From positions 38,378,001 to 38,442,000 of the forward strand of contig OZ024751.1 of the NCBI GenBank assembly GCA_964016885.1: a stretch of 64,000 nucleotides of DNA. The letters are read 5' to 3'. The position numbers and the translations under genes are program-made. This document shows positions 1 through 15,701 of the stretch, piece by piece (within the stretch, counting starts at the first letter, position 1; each line of letters opens with the position of its first letter). The notes under the pieces are model-generated. The model was given only the letters and a program-made list of their open reading frames with translations. It did no database searches and was not told the DNA's origin. This DNA comes from Eledone cirrhosa (Eukaryota).

Positions 1-146
1 GACTATAAATACATTACACGTCAGAGATTATTATCACAAATACATAGGCATATATATATATATATATATATACTGACTTGAATACATATATATATTTACG
101 CATATATAGACACATCTGTAGTATATGTATTTGTAAACACACACAT

Positions 147-190
<44 letters not shown>

Positions 191-611
191 CACCTTGATC
201 TCCTTGACCGACCAGTCTGTCGGGCGTCCATTCAGCGCCGCTGGTCACACCACGCCGTCCATTCCTTTATGGATCGTGCTTTTCTCATCCATGTAGTCCC
301 AATCGTATTCTTAAAATCGTAACTCTTCCCTCGCGGAGGCCTTCCGTGTGGTCGTTTCCGCTCGCGCGGGTACAACCCCGGCAACTGCGCGGGTCCACCG
401 ATTATCGGTGAACCGGGCGACGTGTCCAGCCCATCTGAACCTGCTGCGCATATATTCCGTGATGGCGTCCCTCACGCCGGACTTCTGTCTGATGACTTCG
501 CTCCTGATGTGCTCTCTCAACGAGATTTCTAGCATTGATCTCTCCATGTTGTATGGCAGTGAAACTTGGGCTACAACTAAGAGAGAAGAGCAGACGCTGG
601 TAACGGCTCAA
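191..611 (-). mobile_element. 5'-truncated RTE-clade LINE 3' end with an inverted 5' segment
   Basis: The minus strand encodes MERSMLEISLREHIRSEVIRQKSGVRDAITEYMRSRFRWAGHVARFTDNRW, the RTE post-RT RWAGHVAR motif. The immediately upstream peptide MLYGSETWATTKREEQTLVTAQ is on the plus strand at 546-611. Flanked by TA/CA microsatellite. Confidence 0.9.
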
Positions 612-615
612 ATAA

Positions 616-660
<45 letters not shown>

Positions 661-3658
661 AATCTTTGTGGGCGTATATGATCGTATAAAACAGTAAGAT
701 ACATCAATGTTCGTTCAAATTTTAGATGCTAATAGTGAAGCTTCTCATAACATTTAAATAATCAACGGGGGCCGTTACAATAAACTACCGTTCAAGAAGT
801 GTGCTCGATATAATTGACTCTTCTCTCTCCTAAAAATTGGTGAATTTGTGCCTAAATGGGAAATCATTATTAAGCTGGTTTTGCCCCTAGGCCACCACCA
901 CGAGTCCGTATATCCATATAATTAAACTAATTACAAACACCCGTATACATTTTTAGACATTTTTTCAAATTGAAATTTGGTTAGCCCCTATTTCTACCAG
1001 TGCAATCTAAAACAGAATCGCTATAAAGGAAGGAATCTCTTTAAAGATGGCATTGGAAATGGAAAATCTTTGGAGTATTTTCCTTAGTAATTAGGTTAGA
1101 GTATTATGACTGTTTTGGTTAATCCGCTAAATATGTATGTCTATGTGTAAACAGACGTTATGTAAATCTATTGCGTAATAGATTAATCATCTAGATCTCA
1201 TCCTTATTCTTCATCTCCTCTCCATTACAGGCCTTTTCCTTCTGTGAAAGAAATTGCCTGTGTTCAGAGATAGATATGGATAAGATTCTCTAGGTCTAAA
1301 ATGCTCCGAAAATTCCACTTGTCTCTTCTGCCCCTCTAAAACAGCACCAAACGTTACAAGTCGATACCCACACGCATATTAAATGCAGTTTTAAATGAAA
1401 TTGGATTTCAATAATTCTATTTAATATTATGTAAATGATTTACGAAATTAATTCATATGTAGTTCAAATACTTAAAATTATCACATTAGATATTTGATAA
1501 AAAGGTCTATCAATTAAACTTATTACACTTTTTTCCCCAAAGAAGCAATGTTTTGAAATAAATGTATGAACAAATGATTTTGCATAACTTATAGAATTAT
1601 GGCTATATAACCATCGAGCAGTGGACAGAATTTCAAATCACACATGTTCTGAACAGTTTACCCTTAATATTTATAGATAATATGTTTGCAAAAATATACT
1701 TAATACTTTCTAGATATTTTTTCATTCCATATAAGTTTTCTACTGAGCAGCTTTTTTCTTTATCACGAGTTTTATTTCGTGGTTATTCATACTTTATGCG
1801 TACCTAAACTCGTTTTCAAATCCTTTTAGTATCCCCTCAGTCACAGATTTATTCAGTAAATATATTTAAAGTTTTTTGTTATATCTTCTTATTTTTTTCT
1901 ATCCAATTTATCTAATATAACTTGTGTCGTCTAATCACCATTATCGTATTCATCATCGCCATTTTCCACCATATTTTTGTCTTCTTTGTATATTTCTTAT
2001 AGCAAAGGATCTGTCTCATTAATTACCACTTAAGATTTAATTCATATATATATTTTCTTATCTAAAATCGTAAATATATCAGTTGGAGCTTCAGACAGCT
2101 TTTTGTAATCTCGATTAATCTATGTATTGACACAAATTCAATTTTGTTCTGTGTCATGGAAAAAAATAAAATAAAATGAGTATGAGACAGAAAAAAAAAG
2201 AAAAATAAACGTTAAAAAAATCTGAAAAATTAATCCTGACATTGAACAAAGATAAAAAAAAAGCCAGTTTGATAAGAAATGTGTTAATAATACCATTTGA
2301 AGATTATTTGGGTGTCTGTAGAGAGAAGACATATCTATGTTAACGAGATGACCGTTTTTCGTTTGTTTTTTTAGCCGTCACTAACAGAAGCGCTTTCATT
2401 TGATCTCGTCACGTCTAGGATATTAGACGAAGAAAGCATCTTCCTAGCAATACAGACGCTGAATACCAAAGCTAAATATACAAATAAATTAAATAACCAT
2501 CGTGAAACTAAGCCAGTTAAAACGACTGAAAACAGGAGAAATGGAATAAGTGTCGGGTCTAAATAACAGTTTGACAGCAGTCAGATTTATATTATTATTC
2601 TAGAGTCTCTCATCACGAGAAATAAATTCATACACAAGAATCTTGGCAACTCAGGGTTCTATACGATTTCGATTTCTAGTTGCATCTACTTTCGACCATT
2701 GCTACCATAATGTCAAAGGAGAGAGTCTGTCCCCTGTGATTTTCAAAACATTAAAATAATCAAGTTTTTGAATCAATAAGCTGATGTAGTGTGGTGGTTT
2801 TCTAGGATCATTAGAGATAAAATACTTTGTTGTCCTATTTTTACATCCCACCCGTTCAAATTTGCCTTTCATCTTTCCCGGCTAGATAACATAAAGAACC
2901 GGTCAAGAAGTCTGCTCCAATCATCAAAGTAATGGAACGTAATATAATTCATGTTTTTCTTTGGGGGGAGCAATGACGTTAATTGTAGTAAGAAATTCTG
3001 CTATACATTTTGTTAAAACCTCTGGAAAAAAGCGAGTGATGTTACAAAGATAAGTGGATTTAACAAGCCAAAGATCAATGATATGTAGGGTCTTTGATGA
3101 TCTGGGCCGTATAAAACAAGGTTGGGACCCCTTGGCTTTAATATATTTTGAGTACACTGCCACTTTAACCTTCCGACCCACTACAGCAAAGAGAAATACA
3201 AAAACTAATATAGAAAAAGTGAAGGGCTTTAGATCTCTTTCTCAGTTCCATTCTCACACTTGCTTTTTTAATCTCTGAAAGAAATCAGGTATATTCAGAC
3301 CTGGGGAGATATGGGCTCTGCCATGTTTTAGAATGCCCTAGAAAGGCCGTATATCAATACGTCGCCACGACGATTCCCTCGTAAATTACGAGACCTATTC
3401 TAACTATACATATTCTATCGTAATCTTTTGGACTGACTTTTATGGATATATTTCTCCCTCTGTTTATGTACTTTCTAGGTTTAACCTATATACCCTTATA
3501 CATATATTTCCCCTCTATTCCAACATGTCTGCAACTGTTGTTGCACTTTTGCATTGCGTTATATCAAAATTGTGTTTCTCTTTGCTTTCCAGATACTTCT
3601 TTCATACTCTCGTTATTGTTTCTTTGCTCCTAGTCTATCCGACTCTGCGCTCATTAGT

Positions 3659-4474
<816 letters not shown>

Positions 4475-5698
4475 AAATATAAGTATATTTTGTCTGCGTC
4501 TACGTTTTATTAGCATATTAGCATCCACTAACTACAGGTCAGGTGTAATGTGCATTTTTACAACTTGCCTCGTCGCCCCGCCTCTACAACTCCCATCTCC
4601 TTATACATTGTCAACCCATAATTAGTAGAATATATAGATAAGTTGGACCGAGTTCAAAGCGATGCGTATTATGCTATATTAATGGTAAACGCCGAATACT
4701 GTGGCTTCGTCGGTGGTGCTACTTGTAGTCATGCTAATATTTGCAAAGGTGATGGGGTAGTGTTTGGCTGTGGAGAACACCAATTACTCGTATAACGAGT
4801 CACTAATTCCGGATCTTATTGTTGCCAATTTCAACACGAAATACGTTAAATTATGTCCTAATTGAGAAATTTACTCCAATCAAGAGTTCTTGCCCAAAAA
4901 GCTATAAACTCAACATGAGAAAAATAGACGAATATTTTGAGGTCAAAGTTTAAAGGCGCAGACAATGGCGGGAAAAGTTGGTGTGTCGGTGGTGGGTGGG
5001 TGTGGGCTAAGGTGAAAGAGGAAAGACGAAACAAAGTGATCAACGTTATCTATTGCAAATATGATACTTGCTTGATGAAGACGTACTTCATGAGATGGGA
5101 ATTGGAGGTAGTAAGATATACATATATATATACATATATATAGTAATAATAATAGTAATAATAATAAATGTGAAGACTAAAATCCAAAGAGGGCTCGATA
5201 AGGATAAATATATACGAAATATATAAGAACCCTAGGGCAAATATTTATTAAAATAACAGATTAAATTTAAGCGAAGAATCGCTGCTCTCAGATTTAACGG
5301 GATCTTCTGAAACACTTTAATTCGTTATTTTAATATGTATATATATATGTTGAGAAAGTGGCTTCCTTGTTCAATCATCTTACCAGAAGCCTAACATTAT
5401 TTATGTAAGCGGACAGTAATTGATTTAGGAGCCACAGAAACCCAAATGGTGGATTTTACTAACCTTCCAGGGGTCCGGGTAAAGTTTCAATCACAAATAT
5501 TTTTTATTTGTTTGACCCGAATTACTTGATCATTTTTTTGGCTATGCGAATGATTGTTTAACCATCGTCTCAGTGTGATTGGCCTTTAACGTTTGTTATA
5601 GCTCTGGTTCATCTGAATCATTGAGCACTTGCCTCACATCTCGGAGGTTGTTTTTCGTTATTTCGTGGGCCGAAATGCGATTCTCGATATTCTCGATA

Positions 5699-5814
<116 letters not shown>

Positions 5815-6525
5815 CAGAGAAATGGCGGAGGATTTGAAAGAAAATATGGAGATCAGTTGTTAATATAGATTGTATGGGTGGAGTGAGAGAGAGTCTGACA
5901 GAGGAAAAAAGAGAGAACAACATATCTAGAAATGTGTGTATGTAAGGAACTAGCAGTTGAAACGGCAAGCTTTCTAATATGATTGTATCTAATAAACGGT
6001 TTTCTATACGGCTTATCTTCATAACCATGCCCATACGAATACATTGATATAAGTATACATATATAATTTTGTAGATGTATATATGAAAGACCAACCTACC
6101 TTAACTGCATGATGTGGATCCTGGAAAAAAGAAAATAACATCTGCTAAAGTGACTGTGTGTATAACAATATGCTGTTGAACGAGAATAATATACATATAG
6201 ACATACACCAAATGATTGTTACATATTTCCGCTTATAAGTTGTTTTGTGAGAAATATATCTATAATATCGTATTTAATTTGAGGGATATAGAAATTAATA
6301 TAGAAATTAATTTCTTATAATAAGCACAAGGATCCCCTATATATTTGATATAAATACCAGCCGATAACAGAACACAAATTTACGATCATCATAGACACAT
6401 ATCATTGTTTACAGTCAAATCCATCGTTGTTTCATTTGGTTTAAACAGGTATACACCAGATCTGTTGGCTAGTGAAGGAACAGAATGGTGAGAACACGGG
6501 TTAGAATGGTTGTAGTGAATCGTAC

Positions 6526-6623
<98 letters not shown>

Positions 6624-6835
6624 ACATCGAATATAGGGAAGAGACAAGTAATACAGAATTTACGGTAATTGCATACCACACCAAGGCCATCCAATACTAC
6701 ACAGATATTATTGCGTTTGAGAGATGCACACACACACACATATATATATGTAGATTAGATGTACAAAACATATAGAGTATATAACTTCAGTGTATATTAT
6801 TAAACGTATTTCATATTTAAATTACGTCTAGAACA

Positions 6836-6915
<80 letters not shown>

Positions 6916-7506
6916 CACGTTTTTATGTGAGCGTGTCTGTGGAGGTGTTAGTGTGTTTATGTGTGTGTTTGTGTGCATAATTTGTATGTATATATCGGTA
7001 ATTATTTATGAATTCCATTACTTTAGCTACTTTTGCCTGGGAAACTAAAGAGTAAAGCAAATTTACAAACAAAATTATGTGTACATGTGTACAGTCACAC
7101 TGTGACTATTTGCGTGTCTTTCTCTTATACATGCATGGATACGTATATATTATTCATATTTTCAGCACAAGAGTAAATATGGCGCCTGGTCGTCTGCAGT
7201 CACTGCTGGGCCCTATAGTCACAGCGACGTGTCCGGTTTAATAGCAAAAGATGACGCTTCACTTGTAAATGCTATTATTATCAAATAAGTAGAATTAAAA
7301 AATAATAACGAAAGAGACATTGGCTTTTGATGTCCCACAATGAGATGTTTGCAAATAATTGTACAATTTCAACGATATTTACACGGCCAACCCCTTGATT
7401 ATTAAAGTGATGGTTGAAAAGGTAGCTAAATAGAACGGTAGATAAATAGTAATTACCATACATCTATTTATTTTGCCGTTTATATATGTAAATGAATGTA
7501 TGCATG

Positions 7507-7538
<32 letters not shown>

Positions 7539-7561
7539 CTTAAATATTAATAAATAAATGA

Positions 7562-7596
<35 letters not shown>

Positions 7597-7681
7597 TATA
7601 TACGTAGATATACACATATATACATATATACACACACATATATATATACATATATATACGTATATACATACACAAATATAT

Positions 7682-7734
<53 letters not shown>

Positions 7735-7837
7735 TATACACATATGTTTGTATGTATTATGAATATATATCTGTAACTAGCTGTTTAAATGGCAAGAGCT
7801 CAGCCATTGGGGTCCTGACTTATAATATATATATATA

Positions 7838-8003
7838 GAGGGTCGGACGCCATGCTTTCCAGAATAGTTACGTCCCTTTACGATCTGAGTTCAAATCCCG
7901 CCGAGGTTGACTTTGCCTTTCATCCTTACGGATTCGATAAAATAAAGTACCAGTAATGGTCTGGGTAATTGCTGGCCTTGTGCCTAAAGTAGGAACAATT
8001 ATA
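7838..8003 (+). mobile_element. tRNA-derived SINE, 5'-truncated
   Basis: B-box gagttcaaatccc, core gttgactttgcctttcatcc...gataaaataaagtaccag, tail ggccttgtgcctaaagtag. Close match to the copies at 13471 and 26160. Confidence 0.85.
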
Positions 8004-9261
8004 ATATATATATATATATACATATATATATAATTTATATACACTTCTTTCAAGTTTTAGTGTTGTAAGATCCTTGATTTGAAATTTGGCACTGAAACAG
8101 ATATTTTTCTATATGGGAGGGTCATGAGGTCAAAGTTTTAATACGATTATAGACACGCACACACACACACAACCCCCCCCATATATATATATATGTATAC
8201 ATATATATACGTCCGTAATATTTGTTTGCAAATTTAATGGTACCAACACTGTTTTAGCCGTTCAATATAATAAACCTTACCCTTTACATTTTCATAACAT
8301 TTATACACCAAATTAAGCGAAGTTGTTTTCCAAGTAGTACTTTACAGATGTGATTTTCTAACAAAATTACATTTCATACGAAATTAAATAGTTTAAATAA
8401 GCTTATTTTTATTGATTAATGTAAAATAATGAGTCTATTATCTTCTCTGCTGGAAAGACAAGCTTGTTCTGCCAGAAACACGTTTTAGACTTTGAAATTA
8501 ATGAGCCACCGATTAAGAAAATGTCAGTCAGGAAACAATTATCTTACAGCTATCTACTGTTGTTTTCTGTTTCAGCAGAAACCTCTTGTTCCAACCTTCT
8601 GTCTTTCCTAATATCTCTATATCAAGATAGAGATATAAGGATATTTTCTCTCTATTTCAGTTTCCATATTTACGTGCTGTTTTTTGTTGTTTGTCTTTTT
8701 GCATGAATAAACATTATATTTTTATCAATCTTGGGATCAGTGTTACCATTGTCATCATTGTAATTTTCCCTCCTTAGGATGATAGCCATCACCTTTATTA
8801 TAATCAGCATCCTTATCGTCATTGTCTTAGACTTCATCACCGCAGACAAAAAAAAAACCATTCATCATCATTATCATATGATCAACACCTATTTCATTAT
8901 TTTGGGAAGATAAATTTCATTTTTTATGGATTTTAGATTATATTTCATGAAGAGATGGCGGCTTCTGATATTGTCCAAATCTGAATGGCATATGTGTATG
9001 GTTTGAACTTACATATATTAACCAACATATATTTCATGTCCACGATGACATCTTTCCTGGTATGCTATATCTACGGATCTAGGGTACTTCTCATATTGCA
9101 TGTATGGACGCGTAACACATAATGGAATGCTAGGGACGCGTCATTGTGATACGACTTGCCTTGGGGATTTTAAGCGTAGTTGATTCTATTTCTTTCCGGG
9201 TCTGAACACAGTTGATTAATTCGAAAAAGAGGAAATGAGAAAGAGTTACAGAGGGAAAAAT

Positions 9262-9417
9262 CAACTCAGCTACTTAACTCGTGCTTCTTTTCTACATCTC
9301 AAAAGGACGAAGGCGAAGTTGACATCGCTGGGATTTGAACTCAATCCGTAGAATGCCGGATCGTATGCCACACATCCTTTTGTAAGTTGTTCTAAGGATT
9401 TTCGCAATTCGCCGCCT
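9262..9417 (-). mobile_element. diverged tRNA-derived SINE
   Basis: Antisense B-box ggatttgaactc, core aggacgaaggcgaagttgac, and a 5' end matching ggcggcgaattg. Confidence 0.65.
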
Positions 9418-9905
9418 ATGTTTTGTTATATTACAGCTGTTATATTAATACGTGTTAAGAGGGTAGCAAGATATTTGAAGGGTAATTAACCGTCATTTGG
9501 GTGGATTGGGGTTTAAATCGTTAAAGTCTCTTTGTTGGTTCATCACCACCTGCCATGTAATGTTTCTTTCATCATAGACATCAATTTACTTAAATCGAAT
9601 GTGAACATGAACCGTCAATATCTTCTCAATCTGGAAATGTTTTCCAAGGTTCTAAGGACCTGATTTCCCCTCCCATCTTACGGCTAAATAATTAACTGCG
9701 AAGACAATTCGTCAAAAAGGTTTCTCAGCTATAAAGTCGATTAGGTTGCTTATTCCTTCCTGTAATTTTGTAAAAGCCATATAATCTATCCCGCGTAGAA
9801 TTATAACTGTTTATGCGCAGATACACACACACACACACACAAACACACATACACACATACACGCACACACACATACACACACACTCATACACACGCACAC
9901 ACAGG

Positions 9906-9956
<51 letters not shown>

Positions 9957-11863
9957 GGAAAAGAAAATATAGATTATGGGGAAGGAGATATATAAATAGA
10001 TGAATATATATATGTTTAGATATACGGGTATATATACATACACACATACATACACATATGATTGTGTGTATGCATCTATGTATGTGTGTATGAGTGAGTG
10101 TAGTATAAATAGAAAGATAACCCATTATAGGTAAAGTTGAAGGGGTGTACACGGTGATACCCGGTAATCTCTTTCATGATAACATAAAATGAAATGAAAT
10201 GATGTACAAATCTATCAATGATAAAGTGCTCTCTATCATATCAATTTGATACACGGAACGAGGTGGGGGACATTATTTTAGAACAGGATGAGAAGAAGAG
10301 TTATAGAGATACATTTCCACCTTTGATATATTATGATGAAAATACTTTGAACTTTAAAATTGTAGCTATTTGGATAAATGTGATGAATACACATTTTATA
10401 AAGAAAGAAAAATAAATTACCAAAATCAAAATAAAAAATGGGAGTGTGTAAAACGGAGCCTCAATAGACATAACTAGTATAATTGGAATCGCAGAATAAG
10501 AGAATAAGAGAATAATAATTTACATTGTCATATCAGAAGATAAATATTTCTATGTTGCCTTTAACAGATGTTTCTAGAATGTCGGTGTTTTTGAAGAAAT
10601 CGATGAAATAATTGATATCGGTTTTCTCTATTATTTGGGAACATGATGAAGTTACCCTCACTATTTTTAAGCGGGATTCTATATGTTTTGAATATGTATA
10701 ATGTAAGTATAAGCTGTTATATAGTTACCTTTAAGTATAAGAAAAATAAGGTTTTCGTGGTTGCTTTGTATCATTCCTCGTATGAAATGTTATGTTGAGT
10801 CATTTTGTTGTAAATTGGGAGGATCATTTATTAAATCACTTGAAATTCTTGATTATTTTCAAAATAATCAAAACTAGAGTTTTTCATTAAAAATATAGTA
10901 ACGTAAAAGTTAATATAACCATAAACATAATAATCTAAAATAGAATATTGTTATATTATATTAAACTTTATACGATGAAGGACCACATGATTGAGAAGCA
11001 AGCCTATTAACTACACAGCCATGCTTAAGTCCACCTGGCCATACTATATAAAGGAATTCTCTTCCGATATCTGTGCTTCATTCGGGCCGGTGCTTATACG
11101 TTTGTCTTGCCGTTACACGACTAAGAGAATAAGACGCCAGTCCATCGCAGAGTTACACTTAATTTTCAACTGATTGGACTTGCACAGCCTGACAGTATGT
11201 TTTTTTTACTGAAGAAAACATGTATCACCATAACAAAAAATCAAACCCACGACATTATGGTCGTAAATCCAATATTGTAACTACTAAGACAAGCGACTTC
11301 ATTACATGTCCTATATTACAGACCGAGTAAATTCTGATCCAGCTGTAGGAGAGATTAATTTCAATTACTTAAGGCAAAATATGATCTGATCCGAGAAAAT
11401 TGAGGAATTATTCTCCTTGTAATAATATTTTTGTTTACTTTGAAGCTTAAGTACGTGAATAGTTCGTAATATTGTAGTTTTAGATAGCTCCGTGCTGCTT
11501 TCATAAGGAATCCCTTTAAAGCTAGCCATGCCTGCATTGTATTTATGAGATTTAACTACTCAACCAATACACAAACATACAAACTATCTGTCTTCCTCTC
11601 TCTCTTTCTCTCTCTCTCTCTATCTATCTATCTACCCCATCTCTCTATCTCTCTCTCTCTGTCTCACACACACACATATCAATATATAAATAAACATTAT
11701 ATATATATATATATAAAATAATAATAATAATTGTTGTAAATAATGACTGTTAATTTTTAAGTATCGCAGGAATTACTCGCTTATCAATACATGCCTGGAT
11801 ACACACACTACACACAAGTACACATATACATATATTTATAAATATATTCACACACACACACAC

Positions 11864-11942
<79 letters not shown>

Positions 11943-13470
11943 TTATATATATATATATATTTATTTATATATATATATATATTTATTTATATATATATAT
12001 ATATTTATATATATTTATTTATATATATATTTATTTATATATATATATATATTAGTTATTAATCTCAAAATCGTTATGACAGTGTGTTTCAAACGTAGAA
12101 TAATTCGAACATAAAAGGATCAGTTTCAGTACAAGCAGACGATAGACGGTTCGTCATTTATAAAGTAAATTGAGCACAATATCGGTAAACACTATTACAG
12201 ACATGTTAGTAGTTAATTGTGTGGAAAGAAGATTTGAAGAAATTATAGAAGTTTATAATTGAAACTCTGAACTATATGAGAATATTACTCTTGTGATTTA
12301 TTGCTTGTATCTCTTCAATTGACACACTGTACTCTATTAAATATTTCGGACGTTTATATATATTTATGTTTCATATGATGAGTTTAATATTTTGATAATA
12401 TTTCATTTTTTTCTAATTATTACTAGCATTATACTCTTTCTCGATATACCTGTAGAGAGGATTGAAAATTGTGAAAGCTTAAACATTAATGTCGTTATAT
12501 AGGTGAATTAGTTTACCTAAATCATGTGAATTAACTTCGGCGGGTAATAGAGGTAAAAGTCTAGTATTGGCACCTTCTTTCGGTTCATTTAACCTGATTT
12601 GGTTGTCTGTTCCGATTATTACCCGGGAGATAGAGAAGGAACAATTAGATTTCTTAACGTTAAATGTTATTCCCAGAGAAAGCAACTGATTATTTGGGAA
12701 TCAACATATGTTTTCCTCATAAAATCTTCTATTTGCTAATTGCTAAATACGGAGATATAAACTACCATTTAAAATTAGTAACATTTGTAATGTTAGTTAT
12801 TTCATTATTTAATTATATATATTAATAACATCCTATCCAGAGCATAGTTTACCATTCTGCGGAAATTATAATTAGAATATGATAATGTTTACTGCCATTA
12901 ACAGAATTTAGAAAAAACAAACATACGGATATATATTTCATACTAAAATATATCCAGCTGATGAAATGATTATATTATTTCGTTAATAATATGATTTTAC
13001 CTGATAACATTATATGATACACGTTCTTATGATACACATCTCTATCAAATATTGTTATACTTGTTAGGAATCGTCAGGTGGGTAAATTAGGGGTATACAG
13101 GTACAGGACCCAAGAAATAAAAATTGTTTTTGACTTAACACTTTAGCGTGTCCGTGTATGATTGTCGGCGAGGCAATTATAGTAATTGATAGATGAATCA
13201 GGTTGGACAAAACACACTTTTGTGGGCAATATTCTAAATTACACTTCAGTCACAATATACTTACTTCCTCTCAGCTTCTGAATGAATACACCATTGCAAT
13301 ATCTGGTGATCAAATGGGCACCACGTGATTGAATTTACTCAACTTGGCTATTCTTACCACGGGACTTCTTTACTTTACTAAAGGCAATGAATTATAAATT
13401 ATGATTAATGTCACATAATTGTTGTGACATTCGAAAGTTTTCAGTATAAAAATTCAGAAATGTGTGTTTT

Positions 13471-13659
13471 AATAATTGCTTCTACTTTTTGGCACAAGGC
13501 CAGCAATTACCCACTGCATTACTGGTACTTTTATTTTATCGACCCCGTAAGGATGAAAGGCAAAGTTAACCTCGGTGGGATTTGAACTCAGATCATACAG
13601 GGAGGTAACTCTATGCTTCAAAGCATGGCGTCCGACCCTCTACCGATACTGCCAATCCA
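13471..13659 (-). mobile_element. tRNA-derived SINE
   Basis: ggcacaaggccagcaattacccactgcattactggtac...ggatgaaaggcaaagttaacctcggtgggatttgaactc...ccgatactgccaatcc, same family as 26160. Confidence 0.88.
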
Positions 13660-14407
13660 TATTAATGAAAGCCAATACATATATGGTTATATAGACAAAC
13701 TTCGATTAGATTGAAGCCTCTATGGGGGTGATGCCAGACTAAAATTTAAAATCCAAACTTAAAATAACAACTGACTTAAATTTGCATTTGTATCTAATTG
13801 AATAAGATGAAGCTGTCATTAGTATTGATATATTTGTTACAATCATTTCCTATTAGTTCTACTCTTTCGTTGGCTAACATCCATGTGTTTGGGATTTAAT
13901 AGGTTGTCAAAGAAAACTCGATACAATATATATTTTCTCGAATTTTCTGAATTTGATCCAAAATCAATAGTAACTTTATTTTTGGTTTAGAGATTTATTA
14001 TTTAAGATTCATCTATTACATTTCAGTTTATTTCTAGAATTTACGGATAATTGAATATGCAATTTATTCATTAACTTTTGACGGAAGGAGTAGACACACG
14101 ATATAGTGGCTAACAACGAAAATACGATGTCATATATCAACTAGGTAACGTATCAAATATATAATAGTTTCATACACGAAACAAAGCATGGGAATGTTAT
14201 ATGAAGGAGATGGTATATACTTATGTAAATGATTGTCGAAATATATATATATAGAGAGAGAGAGTGATTGATATTTGTTGGTGATCACTGGACAAGTAAT
14301 CCACAGGATAGGAAAAGATAAAGATTCATATCATAAGTAATTGTCTTATTACATTTGAGAAGTTAACCTAAAATTCTCGAATACAACGGTCATGAGAAAA
14401 CGGAGGA

Positions 14408-14690
14408 AGGCGTAAAACTAAACTCGTTATCTTCAAGTCGGTGTTCGTGCCAACCTTTACTTATTGTCATAAATCTTAAGTAATGACCGAAAGAATAAGA
14501 TAGCGAATACCAGCAGCCGAAATGGGGTTCCTCCGAAGAGATATGGGTTAACGTTACTCGATAAAGGGCATAATTCGTAGATTAGAGGTCAGTTAGGTAA
14601 AATTTGATACCCATAATATTCACATTAGTGATCAATACGACATTACAATATGGAATTGAAATCATATTGAAGAATGGATCACCAAATAAT
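14408..14690 (+). mobile_element. degenerate RTE-clade LINE ORF fragment (post-RT region)
   Basis: My translation KTKLVIFKSVFVPTFTYCHKS*VMTERIR*RIPAAEMGFLRRDMGLTLLDK matches the RTE pattern S.fvP.LTYG.EsW..T......qAAEM.FLRR. Contains in-frame stops. Confidence 0.8.
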
Positions 14691-15701
14691 TACAAAATAT
14701 CTCTGACGTTTAGCGACTTTTCAATTACAATGTAAAACAAAACAAAACAATATCCAGTGTAGAAACTAGGAAATAAAAAAGTATAAAATAGTGGGTCGGA
14801 AACGTAAGTAACATGTATTGCCAATATTTTAAAAAGAAATCTTCAAAAATATATGCTTCTATATTCTTTTGGCGCTGTAGTATTGGTTTCACGTTTCACT
14901 GCTAAACGTATAATTCATTCAATCCAAAATTTATGTTCTTGTCTATGTACTTTAAATTTATATAGCTATTCAGATGGTAGATTTTTGCTCTTTGACCGTC
15001 TTCATCTGTCTATCATAGTTGCAATAATGAGGACTACATCAAATTAGGAAGATGCAACAATAATTTATATTTTCTGGGGCCACGGAGAAGGAGAGAGTTT
15101 TGACGGGATATTACTTTGATAAACTATATAAAGAAGAAATCATTAGATCTGCATCCATAAATTTGTAAAATGCAATATTTCATTGATTCTGTTCGCATCA
15201 GAGAGAAGCTAATACTGGAACAGAAAGAATATAGTCTGAATATATAAAGTCTGAAGACTTTAGGTGGTGGGAGAAGCAGAAACAGAAAATATTTCAAAGT
15301 TCACTACGTAACAAAGAAATCATCCAGGATAAATGGCTTTTGGTAACAGAAAAATATTGCCATTGTTTTCTAAGAATCTGCATTTCATTTCTTCTCTGAA
15401 GAACAAGAAGATAATTCCTCAAGCTGTAAGAGAAACGAAGAAGAAGAATTCATGTGATTTATTTTAACATGAACCGCAATGGGATTTTGCACCTGGAGGC
15501 AACTAACTCTTAACAAATATATGGCAGTATGTTAAAAGAAAATAACGAAGAAAAGATAAAGAGAAATATATAATGTTCGATAAATGGCTTTAGTTGTAGT
15601 TAAGGAATATTTAAAGAACACGTGTAGTAATTTTTTTCCTTTCTATATATGTTTTCATTTTAACTGAATATTGTATATATATATATATTTATAAATATAT
15701 A

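Noticed and set aside
2375-2566. Open frame of ~63 codons after a polypyrimidine-AG
   Set aside because: No recognisable protein similarity. Expected by chance.
2924-3181. Minus-strand ORF GRKVKVAVYSKYIKAKG after an acceptor-like site, reminiscent of an ABCC transporter segment
   Set aside because: The following residues lack the expected transmembrane helix, no other ABC exons were seen, and the region contains a hAT-TIR-like caaggggtcccaacc.
13265-13377. Minus-strand segment with a good acceptor and a gtaagt donor, containing a WD40-like VNSITWCPFD
   Set aside because: Stops in all three frames. At most a non-coding exon, and unsupported.
15060-15560. Purine-rich stretch that looks like decayed coding sequence
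   Set aside because: Multiple stops and no motif I can assign.
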